Source of the DNA: Eledone cirrhosa
Taxonomy: Eukaryota
DNA length: 64,000 nt
Assembly: GCA_964016885.1 (NCBI GenBank)
Contig: OZ024741.1
Location: 168,950,001 to 169,014,000 of the forward strand
Direction of reading: 5' to 3'
In this document: positions 1 to 12,850 of the stretch, piece after piece
Position numbering within the stretch: the stretch's first letter is position 1
How the letters are laid out: every line of letters starts with the position of its first letter
Notes under the pieces: generated by a model
What the model was told of the DNA's origin: nothing
The model's database searches: none
The model's input: only the letters and a program-made list of their open reading frames with translations
Translations under genes and position numbers: made by a program

Positions 1-233
1 GTGCTGGGCCTTTGGTACCATGTGACGACAAGTGCAGAGAGATCTCCAGATATAAAGAAATGCCTGTGCCGTGAAGCTTTTATAGTGAGCAAAGGCACTG
101 CACAAAGCCAGTCCCACTCTCTTAACCAAGATGATATTTACCAAAAAGAAGAACAAGTCAACATCATTGGATACCATCAGGGTTGCAGGTGTTATATCAG
201 AGTTTTCCTTCTCCTAGGAGAAGGAAAAAAAAA
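1..233 (+). mobile_element. Probable 3' end of a non-LTR retroelement abutting (CATA)n
   Basis: Ends in purine-rich GGAGAAGGAAAAAAAAA directly followed by (CATA)n, like the RLE fragments at 311-815 and 9961-10104. No coding motif seen. Confidence 0.35.
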
Positions 234-310
234 CATACATACATACATACATACATACATACATACATACATACATACATACATACATACATACATACAT
301 ACATACATAC

Positions 311-815
311 GTGGAAATTAGCTGCCCAGCAGATGCCAATATAATCTCAAAGATTAGTGAAAAGGAGAATATTTATGCAGAACTGATGAGAAATCTGCAG
401 ATACTCCACCCTGATTACACCTTCAGCTTTATGCCTGTGATTATTGGGGCACTGGGATATATTAGTAACTGCCTCAATACAAATCTTGAGAAGCTGGAAC
501 AGAAAGAACACAACTAGTTAGGAAACTACAAGTACAATCCATTAATGGAACAGTAAAAATATGTAAAACATTCCAAAGATTTTGCATCTAATAACTGCAT
601 ATACACATGTACAGATACAAAGCATATACACATGCACACATACAACTCAAAACATCCATATCCACACATACAATAACATCCATATCTACACATGCATGCA
701 TACATATATACCTACCTAGTTAATGTGTAAATTCCAATGAGAGAGTCTTGTGTCTATGTTAGAAACCGACTCTCTCTCTATTTGTAAAACTTTGTGAAAT
801 TATAAAACCAGAAGA
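311..815 (+). mobile_element. 5'-truncated RLE-type (R4/Dong-like) LINE: endonuclease C-terminus plus 3'UTR, inserted in (CATA)n
   Basis: [28 protein letters not shown], then after a frameshift RKLQVQSINGTVKICKTFQRFCI* (stop ~591). Flanked by (CATA)n at 234-310 and 816-887. Confidence 0.8.
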
Positions 816-1134
816 ACATACATACATACATACATACATACATACATACATACATACATACATACATACATACATAGATACATACATATTCTTGTATACT
901 TCCAGACTTAGGAAAATCAGTCACTTTAGAAATGTGTTTAGATGGAAATGCATGCATCCATGGGCACTTCATTGCTAATGGTGTTGTAGGAGTTCTGTAG
1001 TGACATGCAGTCTGTCTGGAGCATTTAAACTTGGCAGATCCCATCCCTCTTCAGGTTTGAACACAGCCAGTTTCTTATTAAGAAAAAGGGACCAAGAATG
1101 AGGAGAGAGGAAATGAGAAAAACACATGGAGAAA

Positions 1135-1290
1135 GAAACGACTCCAGTGTTGGTATGGTATTTTATTGACCTCAAAAAGGGTGAAAGACAAAATTGATCA
1201 GGTGGGATCTGAATTGATGGTACTGAGAGCCGACATGAATACTGCGAAGCATTCTATCTGCCATTCTGCCAATTCGTCACCTTTTAGGTG
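1135..1290 (-). mobile_element. Degenerate tRNA-derived SINE
   Basis: Diverged reverse-complement match to the SINE at 30382-30569. Confidence 0.55.
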
Positions 1291-1640
1291 GTAATGGGGT
1301 ATAACCATTGTAAACTTTGGTCTATACCATGAGTGGAGTTTTCCCTGGGCAACTGTTGATAACTGAACAATTTATTTCAATTAATTGAGCTATTCTGCAA
1401 TTATCTAAACATATCTGTGCTGCATATCAAACAACTATCAGTATTTGTATTTATATCGTCTGCACGTTTTTGTTTGCCCATACTCACGCTTTTATTCTTT
1501 TACTAGTTTCAATCATTAGAGAGTATACTTACAGGGGCTCACTCTTAAAGAGATCAGATTTAGTTGATCATATTAATCCCAGAACTTATTTTCCCTAACC
1601 TGGTAGTTATTGTATAAAAGCATATACGATATGTTTATGT

Positions 1641-1855
1641 ATAATTGTTTCTGCATTTGACATAAGATCAGCAATTTAAAGGTGGATACGACTAAATCGA
1701 TCCCAGTGCGTTACTGGTACTTTATTTTATCGACCCCGTAAGGATGAAAGGCAAAGCAAAGCTAACCTCGGCTGGATTGAAACGAATAGAGCCATAACTA
1801 AATGCTGCAAAGCATTTTGTCCGACGCCCTACCGATTCTGCCAATCCACCGCATG
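1641..1855 (-). mobile_element. tRNA-derived SINE
   Basis: Reverse complement reads gcggtggattggcagaatcggtag..ccgaggttagctttgc..tttcatccttacggggtcgataaaataaagtaccagtaacgcactggg..gcagaaacaattat; (TAA)n at 1857-1868. Confidence 0.8.
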
Positions 1856-2465
1856 TAATAATAATAAATATATGAGAGTACCACTATGATTGTCAACGCT
1901 ATGTTAAACCCAATTCTAATTACCTATAACCAGTCAATTTCAAACTATGTGTAAATAAGCATCCTGTAACAATATTTCATATGCAAAAACTATATAGACT
2001 TTAACCAATTCTAAGGAATATTTTTGTTCGAAAAGACCGGTTGGTCGGTTTCTCTCCAATGTTTACACCATAACTATATTGTATACATCGCTATCACAAA
2101 ATATAACATAAGTGAATATAACCGAAATTGTCAGTGATGAAGATATAGAAATCCAGAAATAGCCTTCTCATTGCTACTGAGATAGATGTGACCTGATCAC
2201 ATCTTTGAAAAATACATAACGAGACTCTCGTATGTCTATTGCACTTAAGCATATTGTATATGCTTTCAGATACACCATATGATGAGCCACGCTATGTTAG
2301 TGCCACTTCTAATATACATATATACATACACACACATATATACATATATATATAATCATACATGTAAATAAAAATATATATATATGTAAATACATATATA
2401 TGCCCATATATAAATATGTATATATGTATATACATATACATATATGTATATACATATATATATAT

Positions 2466-2563
<98 letters not shown>

Positions 2564-2649
2564 TAGTACAGATTAAATGTTTAAGTAAAGAATTTCTGCT
2601 TTTACCCTAAGCAAGATCTGAAACTGAGAAAAATGAATATGTAGACGCA

Positions 2650-2810
2650 ATAATAAATATTTCGAAAAGGTTACGACCAAATATTGCCTTTAGAAAACAG
2701 GAAGGCATAACGGTGATGCGTGAAGACATCCTCTTGAGATGGACGAAATGTATGCAAGGATAATTATGTCATTATGAGGAACGAAAAGAACAAACTCTTG
2801 CTATGGAAAA
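2650..2810 (+). mobile_element. Possible RTE-clade LINE internal relic
   Basis: Translates ..RPNIAFRKQEGITVMREDILLRW.., resembling the RTE EN-RT linker. Confidence 0.35.
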
Positions 2811-3474
2811 AACGTATTTTTGCTATGAAAAATACCAGGAGACTAGTGTTCTTTTTAGAATAGCCGAATGATTTCCAGCTACTATATATGGAAATTGATT
2901 TTAGTAAAAGTCAAATGAGTAAATATAAAAATACTGAAAATATTAATAAAAGTAAATGTAATAATAGTAATAAGAACATTAATAATAATGTTTTCAGATT
3001 TCGGCTGGTACATTTATATGCCCTGCCCGGTGTGGATGCATGCGTAAACGAAGTATTAGTGTGTAAACATTATACACACATGTATGCATCTATACACGGA
3101 TTTTTTGTCTTTGTTTTTATCATTACGTATGTGTGTATATATACATATCAATATATATATATATATATATATGTATGTATAATATATATACATACATATA
3201 TATGTATGTATAATATATATAGATACATATATATATATATGAAAAATATGGGAAGAAGGATACTGCGTGGTTGCACATGAGTTACATATTATAAAATTAG
3301 TCCCTCATCAGTGATTTGCCAACCGTCATTGGTATTTCATCGCAATACATATATACATATATACATATACATTTATATATATATATAAACATTACACACA
3401 CCTATACATCTATACACGGATTTTTGTCTTTGTATTTATCATTACTATATATATGTGCCTATATATACATATAC

Positions 3475-3524
<50 letters not shown>

Positions 3525-3589
3525 GTATATGTATATATAGGCACATATATATAGTAATGATAAATACAAAGACAAAAATCCGTGTATAG

Positions 3590-3705
<116 letters not shown>

Positions 3706-3708
3706 TTA

Positions 3709-3949
3709 TAAAATAACAGATTAAAGTTTAAGCAAAGAATCGCTGCTTTCACCCTTAACAGGATCTTCTCAAACTAACAAGGTCCTTTGTTAGTTTCAGA
3801 AGATCCCGTTAAGTGTGAAAGCACCGATTCTTTGCTTACACTTTAATCTGTTATTTTAATAAATATTTTCTCTACGGTTCTTATATATTCAATATATATT
3901 TATCCTTATCGAGCCCTCTTTGGATTTTAGTCTTCAAATTTATTATTAT

Positions 3950-3950
<1 letters not shown>
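3709..3950. repeat. Fold-back of a Penelope-like 3' tail family between (TA)n tracts
   Basis: 3709-3780 is the reverse complement of ~3787-3860, with an extra tail on the right. Family members at 2563-2625, 39068-39170, 44914-44990 and 52055-52155; degenerate hammerhead-like cagaagaTCCCgttaaGGGTgaaagc. Confidence 0.7.
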
Positions 3951-4012
<62 letters not shown>

Positions 4013-4440
4013 AAATATATATACACACACATATATATATACACGCACACACATATATACATACATATATATACGTATACAGACACAAGCACATACTGCG
4101 AGACAGACAAGCACACATATACACATGTATGTATGAAAGGAAAAATAATGCATTCTCCTCCACAGTCTATTTTATTCTTATCAACAACATATCTTATCTT
4201 TTTATATTTCATCAATTTTTTTTTTTTCTCTTTTTCGTATTCCTGCTTCGTAAAAAATCAATTCTTGCTGATCTCACTGCAGAAATCTTCGCAGATACCA
4301 CCAGAGATTTCTTCAAGTTCCACTAGACAAATTTCTGTCCATAAACTGTTCTACTTTGTATTTATGTTTTCATATTTTAAGTTATGTATTGCCTTGTATG
4401 AATTTCTTTTGGTATGGTGTAAAAAATGTATCCATTATAT

Positions 4441-4645
4441 GTCTTCTTCTTCTTCTTCTTCTTCTTCTTCTTCTTCTTCTTCTTCTTCTTCTTCTTTTTT
4501 CTTCTTCTTTTTTCTTTTTTCTTTTTCTTTTTCTTTTTCTTTTTCTTTTTCTTTTTCTTTTTCTTTTTCTTCTTCCTCTTCTTTTCTTCTTCTTCTTCTT
4601 CTTCTTCTTCTTCTTCTTCTTCTTCTTCTTCTTCTTCTTCTTCTT
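4441..4645. repeat. (TTC)n/(TTTTTC)n microsatellite, probably the (GAA)n tail of the adjacent RTE
   Basis: Direct reading; abuts the RTE 3' end. Confidence 0.9.
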
Positions 4646-5050
4646 CGCCCACTTATTCCGGAGAGCGCCGTGGGGTCAAAATCTCAAACACTCCTTCCAG
4701 CGGGTCCTGTTAGAAGGAACCGTCTCCAACTGATTCGGCTTGATCCCCATGCGTGACCAGTCAAGCTCATGGATGTTAAACAACCACCTTCTCTCCTCGC
4801 TCTTCTTGTCCTTCTTCTCTTCTTCTCTTCTTATGTATGTATGTATAGGCTGTGGTTGAGTATCTTCTGCCATTGCATGGTGATGGCATCGCGTAGATTA
4901 CTGGGCCTAGCGCTTTCTATGACCTCTTCATTTATAATGTGATTAGACCAAGATAGGCTTAGTATGTTCCTATAGGTAAGGTCTGTGGAAAATATCTACA
5001 GTTCTGTAGAGTCTGTTGGTCTTTGGCTACATCTTGTAGAGAAAGAGCAA
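4646..5050 (-). mobile_element. RTE-clade LINE 3' fragment
   Basis: Minus strand gives YRNILSLSWSNHIINEEVI and RRWLFNIHELDWSRMG..NRTRWKECL*, matching RTE C-terminal motifs; (GAA)n tail. Confidence 0.7.
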
Positions 5051-5145
5051 CAGAGACTACAGAACTGCATATATTTTTCATGGCTTATCACTGCAGATAG
5101 AAATATATTTAATGCTGCAACGCTGTATAGAGATTCACTGATATT

Positions 5146-5269
5146 CAATGAGGACCCCGACGGCAGAGCTCAAGCCGTTTCGATGGCTATTTCTGGATTT
5201 CAGAAATAGCCGTCCAGATATAGCCGTCGAAACGGCTTGAGCTCTGCCGTCGGGGTCCTAACTCTTTTC

Positions 5270-5270
<1 letters not shown>
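5146..5270. repeat. Short fold-back containing the 3' half of a hammerhead (stems II/III, GUC site)
   Basis: 5152-5196 is inverted at 5214-5259; GAA-ACGGC-ttgagctct-GCCGT-C-GGGGTCC. Confidence 0.55.
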
Positions 5271-5308
<38 letters not shown>

Positions 5309-5319
5309 AAAAGAGAGAG

Positions 5320-5677
5320 AGAGAGAGAGAATTAGTACATCTACCAACATATGTGTACAGATGTACACTCATGCTAGCAAATATATAAGTTATGTCTTAG
5401 TACCTATGTGGTTCTATGCAGGTGAATGCAGAACAATTATATGAATGACGTAAAATAAGAAAATTTTAAAAATTAAAAATCAACTTACTTACTAAAATTT
5501 TAGTAAGTAAGTTGATTTTTAATTTTTAAAATTTTCTTATTTTACGTCTTTCATATAATTGTTCTGCATTCACCTGCATAGAACCACATAGGTATTAAGA
5601 CATAACATATATTTGCTAGCATGAGTGTACATCTGTACACATATGTTGGTAGATGTACTAATTCTCTCTCTCTCTCT
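5320..5677. repeat. ~350 bp palindrome of a Penelope-type tail plus adjacent sequence
   Basis: Centre actaaaa|ttttagt at ~5497; the inner part matches the tail at 6030-6090. Confidence 0.85.
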
Positions 5678-5942
5678 AAATTATTTGTTGAGCAAAACTT
5701 GCCAAAATTTACTGCTGTTTCATGGTAGTAGTAGGCTCTTGTCATAATACCACCCCGCTCCTAACTGATTAACCTCGGTGTCACGTGATTGATTCTTTAG
5801 AATCTGTCACTGACCAGAGGCAGTGAAATTTTTTCAGTGCTCCGGAATTTAGTCCTCGCTAGCTTCATTCCATCTACTGAATTATTATTTTTATATGGGT
5901 TCCTAGTGTCCGCGCATTGCCTGTGAACTTAGCTGAGAATAG

Positions 5943-6028
5943 ACTCCCTGATGACGTAATGAATTCTCTATAGTTATATATATTATGTAACTATATTTAT
6001 CCCATTACAGAAACTAATTAGTTGGAGT
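5943..6028 (+). ncRNA. Type I hammerhead ribozyme motif with extended stem II
   Basis: ACTCC-CTGATGA-cGTAATG..CATTACa-GAA-ACTAATTAGT-T-GGAGT; palindromic stem III, GUU site. Confidence 0.7.
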
Positions 6029-6213
6029 GAAAATTTTAGTAAGTAAGTTGATTTTTAATTTTTAAAATTTTCTTATTTTACGTCTTTCATATATATATAT
6101 ATATATATATACGTTTAAATTTGATGGTTTATCACTGGGTAGAATTGGTCATTCTGCAATGTTAATGATTACGTAATATGAGAAAAGCACTCGACGTATG
6201 CAACTCATCGATC

Positions 6214-6248
<35 letters not shown>

Positions 6249-6250
6249 AT

Positions 6251-6315
6251 AGCAAGCGAGCGTTGAAGAGAGAAATCTTTGGTGAAATTGCAGATAATGT
6301 TTTTACTTTCCCTCG

Positions 6316-6395
<80 letters not shown>

Positions 6396-6460
6396 CGAGG
6401 GAAAGTAAAAACATTATCTGCAATTTCACCAAAGATTTCTCTCTTCAACGCTCGCTTGCT
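6251..6460. repeat. Inverted repeat around (TA)n; arms begin with mariner-like TA-CGAGGG termini
   Basis: 6251-6321 is the reverse complement of 6389-6460. Confidence 0.6.
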
Positions 6461-7329
6461 AAAATATATTGCTATTCTGATTATGTAACAGAGGTTTGAC
6501 CTTGCTCGCTCCAGTTTTCTTTTTCGTGTTACAGAGTAAACATGGCTGCTCTACTGGCAGAGTGCACCAAGGGGGAACAGAAGTCAGGGATCTGATTTCT
6601 CTCGTAGGGTGTGTCATGGGCTGAAATTCATCGCAGGCTTTTAGTAGAATACGGTGACAACAGGCTACCGCATAGAAGAGTATATACGTGGATCGAGAAG
6701 TTTTAAAATGCCTGAACAAGCTTGGAGCACGAAAAGGGAGCAGAACGCCCTTTAACATCCACCATTGAAGTGAAGATTCAACAAGCTTGAGAGATGGTTC
6801 TGGTGAACCCACAATTGATGAGACAGCATGTTCTCTACAAATAAGATCAACCACGCATTCAGAGATTCGCAAAATGAATTAACAAAATCATGACATACCC
6901 TTCTTGACCGTCCCTAAGATTGCAACCACCCTTCTAGGCCAACCCAGATAAAATAAAAAAACAAAGGCAGAAAGAATCACTAGCTATGGCACTTCGGTCA
7001 ACTATCGGGCAAATTAAAGGACGAACATTTATTACCTCTCAAATTTATTACCTCTAAACAAAGTTAAATTTCTTCCAATTTGATCAGATCAGATTAGTAG
7101 CAGAGATTTTCCTTTAATTACCAAATGAATATAATTAAGATTAAATTAAATTAAATTCTAAACCATAAACATTGCAAAGCAAATTGAAACTAACCCTCAA
7201 AAATTTCTTATATTCTCTCTTAAATACGTTAAGCTTCTGCTACTTTAATGCAAATAAGTTAATTTCAAAGCCTTATATCTTTTATCTGCAAACTAAAAAT
7301 GACCCCAAATTTTCATAGAATCCCCCTTT

Positions 7330-9540
7330 TAGCACCAAAGCACCGACGAAAATGCCTTACCAGAAATTTTCCTTGTATGCCTGACCAACCATGTTTTAAA
7401 AGTTTTTTCACTACCACCGTAAAAACATTCATCTGCTTACTGGTCCTACCATAACGTATAATTTGACTATAAAACACGTTGTATTACAAAGATACTGGCG
7501 CACAGCTAAATGCAAAGGGCTTCCAAGCCATCTTAAAGCTAAAGTTTTTTTTGTTACTATCGTCTTAAAGGAAATAAATCACGTCGGGGTCACCAATAAA
7601 GGAAATAAATGTGTTTCTCTTTGTTGAAAGATTTGTTGTTGTCACCAGATTTGGCGGAGAGTTATATTTCAGAAGTTGTAATGTTGCCACGAGGAACCAG
7701 GTTTGGTAGAAAGATATAATAGGAATATCGACAACGACTTTTAGCTTGGTTTTACATTATTTATTAACAGAGGTTGAGAAGTGAGTTAAGTTGGCATGCC
7801 GAGAGAAATGAAATAATTCAATTAAGATTACAAGAGAAAATGCGGTCAACTGGCTGAAGGCGTTTAGCCAGCTCCGTAGGAATGTTTTGTCGTTACATAT
7901 TGTTTGCGCTGGCGCAGCAAAAGAACAAGCAGTGTTTACTTAGCATGGTCAAGCCTTGAAGTCCTCTAGCCTGGAAGTGGTGGCGTCCTCAAATCTTTGC
8001 GGGCTATTTCTCCCTCAGAACGCGTAGGGATACATCCTCTTCTACTGGCGCTGATTGGCTGAGCTGAGCCAAATCACGCACAGAGAATGTATGTGAGCCC
8101 GCGGAATGTAGGTCACTACAGTCTCAACACCTTTTTCGATGGTTACGTCTAAATACCTTGCTAACGCCACATACATTCATATTCATCTCTAAACTCATTC
8201 CGGTATATCGTGTGCAGCAAACCCTCGAAATACCTGTAATTTGGAATAAATATATCATCGATATACCTACAACATCCACTCAACAGCAGAATTAGGCCTA
8301 TTCTCTTAATCTTCCTTAACCCCTCTAGATAGTCAAATTCACAGGAAGATAAATATAAATCCGCCACGAGCCAGTTACAGTTTCTGCCTGAAAACATTAC
8401 CTGCGAATGTAAGAATTATTTACTATATAAAGGACTGCCTGTATGAGCTTAACATTTGTCCAATTAGTGTATCCGTTGTACCTTACTCTAGACATGAATC
8501 CTTGCCTTTCCTGAATGAAACATACTTAAACTTATCGAAACCCAGAACTATTATACTACCCATCCCTTTTTTTAAATAAATCCAACTCCAAACTAGCGCA
8601 AAGGGTGGAAAAGTCATACGCATACATTGTTTTTATAATACTACTTATTCTACTCAATCTAGTTTAAAAATAATTAGTAGATCCTAAACTCTACCTCATA
8701 TGCATTCTACTATTTGCAAAAATTGCGCCACAATATCTATTAAATGCCTCCTTAACTACTGCTAAAGCTTCGTTAACTAAAATAGCTACTTGTCTATTCG
8801 TGCACCTACTAGTTCCGGCTATAAATCTACATCCATACGGCATCTTGTGTAGCTTGTGTATCCAGAAGACGCTAGGAACACACATATTCTACTCCTTCAA
8901 CTGGCAACACCTAAGATTAACCATCAGTTGATTAATAGTCCCCGGACTCAGCTTGTAATTTCCATTACCACTAAAATTATAATTAACATCACATTCTAAC
9001 TCCCTAGCTAACACTGACAGGCAATATTTTTGGCATATTGTAATGAAATTACCTGCTACTTTATCCGCCGATGTATGATGTACTTATTGTGAAACCCATC
9101 TAAAAATTGTTTAACCGCGGGTCTATTAAGTATAGACGGCCCCTGCGTCACTGTGCCCAACCCTGTTAACCTATTCTTTACTAAGCTAACAACTCTTCAC
9201 TTCCATTTCCCGGACACCTTACAAGCAAAACTAAATTTCAGCCCTAACCTGACCATGAAATCATCGATTGATTCCAACATCACCTTACCTACTGTGGACC
9301 CGTACGTCCTTATAGATTCCCTTAATTTAGTTCCCTTCATCATCAGCCACCTAAGATTCTTGTTCAACTGGGGTTGTATATTGAATAATATACAAAATGT
9401 TCATATAAATAAACGTTTTTACAGCCTTGCTATGAATTTTAGAAGTGGTAAATTTAGCCACTGGTCTTTAGTAGCCAAGTACGAGAACACCAACGACCGT
9501 TTCTGGTCCGTTAGCCGTCTTCACAGCGGTTAACTCCGCT
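7330..9540 (-). pseudogene. Decayed Penelope-like RT, probably Naiad/Chlamys type, interrupted by a solo LTR
   Basis: Motifs in order: LRWLMMKGTKLRES; ADKVAGNFITICQKY..LAREL; FWIHKLHKMPYGCRFIAG; YDFSTL; ADLYL..CRYIDD; YLDVTI; YNVFYSQIIRYGR. Multiple stops and frameshifts. Confidence 0.75.
7622..8129 (-). mobile_element. Solo LTR (~508 bp)
   Basis: TGTTGA...TCAACA termini, imperfect 4-bp flanks tctt/cctt, AATAAA on the minus strand near 7760; splits the PLE RT between the YLD and thumb motifs. Confidence 0.6.
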
Positions 9541-9960
9541 TGGATGCGAAGACAAAAATAAGCTAATAGCTTATAGGATTTCTGTTTATGAACTTCGACT
9601 GTTCGAATTAATGAGAGGTAGTAATGCTCTTAAATAATATGATTGAAACTTGATTGGGTTGTATATTGAATCATGTACGAAATGTTCATGTAAATAAACA
9701 TTAATATAAGCATAAATACTATAAGCTTTTAGCTTATTTTCGTCTTAGCATACATACATGCATACATACGTACATACGTACGTACATACATGTATACATA
9801 CATAGGTACGTACATACATACATACATACAGACAGACAGACAGGCATACATACATACGTACATACATACATACATACATATATACATACATACATACATA
9901 CACAAATACACACATACATAAACACATACATACACACATACATACACACATACATACACA

Positions 9961-10104
9961 CAAATGGCTGCGATAGCTGGCACCTTCAAAATTTGCAAAA
10001 TAATCTTGCGATTCAAGGGATGACAATTTCTTTTCTTTTACAACCTTGCCACCAGGAAGGTGGCCGGTCAAAAAAATATACTCGAAATTAAGAGAAAGAG
10101 AAAA
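9961..10104 (+). mobile_element. Extreme 3' end of a second RLE-type LINE family in (CATA)n
   Basis: QMAAIAGTFKICKIILRFKG* parallels QSINGTVKICKTFQRF* of 311-591; CATA-type repeats on both sides. Confidence 0.7.
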
Positions 10105-10480
10105 CATACATACATACATACATACATACATACATACATACATACATACATACATACATACATACATACATACATACATACATACATAAAGATGTGTAGG
10201 CGTGTGTGTATTTCTTATGTTTTGGATACTCTTGAGTAATTCGTATTGATGTTAACTTGGCTGCTACTGATGATTTCAAGAAGATATAATTCCAACTACG
10301 ATGCAGATGTCTAGTGGAAACCTACTTGATGAACACATAACCGTAATAGCAGAGCATCATTGTAATAACAATATCACCAATAATAACAATAAAGTTAATA
10401 TTAAAAACGGTATTAATAATATCAACAGTAATAATACCGAAGAAGAAAAAGGAATAAGGAGGAGTGGGGTGGGAGGAGGA

Positions 10481-10603
10481 GAAGAAGAAGAAGAAGAAGA
10501 AGAAGAAGAAGAAGAAGAAGAAGAAGAAGAAGAAGAAGAAGAAGAAGAAGAAGAAGAAGAAGAAGAAGAAGAAGAAGAAGAAGAAGAAGAAGAAGAAGAA
10601 GAA
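10481..10603. repeat. (GAA)n microsatellite
   Basis: Direct reading. Confidence 0.95.
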
Positions 10604-10893
10604 TTAATAAAGAGGAAGAGTCGCTGAACACAGAGGAGGTATAGAAGTAGTAGGTGGAGGAAGAAGAAGAAGACATTTTTCTTCTTTGTCATAGCTAGAC
10701 ATGTCATTAAGATTTGTAGTTCAACTTTACCTATATAAATATATCGACTTCATCATCGTTGAAAGTTTCAGTTGAGGTCATGGAAACTGTAACCAAAATA
10801 GTTTGATGTAGTTAAAAACAGTTAAGAACAAACTAGTTTTACATTGTTTAAACCAATTTATTTCAAACCAGTTAAGAACCTATCTATTTATGC

Positions 10894-11411
10894 AAACCGC
10901 CAGCCTCTTTCAAAAACGAAAGAGAGACAGTTTTCCTCTGTACGGTGGCTATGGTGAAAAAAGTTATATGGTGGACGAGGTTGAGAGGACTGAGGACAGA
11001 TGCCTTTCTCTCCGGACAACAATTGATTCCCTTCTTTAAGTATCACTTTAGAAGGAGAATCAGGGTGGAGAGAGAGGCACTGCACCCCAGTAAATTTACT
11101 GAAAGGTGGGTGAATGAAGCAGAAATGGCCCGAGTGATTGGGCCTTCTCTGTTTATAAGCCTGTAGGTTGAGGAAGAGAGCAAAAGGAAGAAAGGAGCAC
11201 TTGCACAACACGCTATTGGAATTGAAGTTGTTCTATCGACGGGGTATTAAACAACCCATTTGTGGCGCCTCCCCCCCCCCCCCCCCTATTGGGGATTTCG
11301 ATTGTTGTAATTGTTTGTTTTTATATTTTTTACACGACTGTATGTAAAATCCCCGGCATGTATTTGTATTGTCCCCTTTTCTTGTGCGCCTTTGTGGCTA
11401 ATAAAGAAATA
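10894..11411 (+). mobile_element. 5'-truncated Tx1-clade LINE with a 13-bp TSD
   Basis: KKVIWWTRLRGL..FFKYHFRRRIRVERE is homologous to the ORF2 end at ~26520-26736; TATCTATTTATGC at 10881-10893 and 11412-11424. Confidence 0.85.
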
Positions 11412-11548
11412 TATCTATTTATGCTGACTTTTCAATGACTTTTGATGCTATATTTTACAGCTTGATGCCCTTCTTCATACTAACTATCTTAGTTGCTTTT
11501 TACAACTTGCAGAGATATGGTATACCGATTCTATACTCGATACACACG

Positions 11549-11606
<58 letters not shown>

Positions 11607-11629
11607 GCGCGCACACACACACACACGCG

Positions 11630-11676
<47 letters not shown>

Positions 11677-11708
11677 GCACACACACACGCACGCACGTAC
11701 CCCCCCCC

Positions 11709-12766
<1,058 letters not shown>

Positions 12767-12811
12767 GAAAATAAAACAAAGAAGCCTTCAATACATCAAA
12801 AGTCTTTATTA

Positions 12812-12850
12812 GCCAACAATGTTTCGTCCTATTAAGGACTCATCAGGGCA
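12812..12850 (-). ncRNA. Minimal type I hammerhead ribozyme
   Basis: Reverse complement: GCC-CTGATGA-GTCCttaataGGAC-GAA-ACattGT-T-GGC, ~50 nt from a (TA)n-abutting end. Confidence 0.8.

Noticed and set aside
6459-6872. 137-aa minus-strand ORF
   Set aside because: No recognisable motif; may be a decayed part of the neighbouring element.
9371-9699. ~44-bp direct repeat (9371-9414 and 9656-9699)
   Set aside because: Cannot be assigned as LTR or TSD; probably a local duplication.
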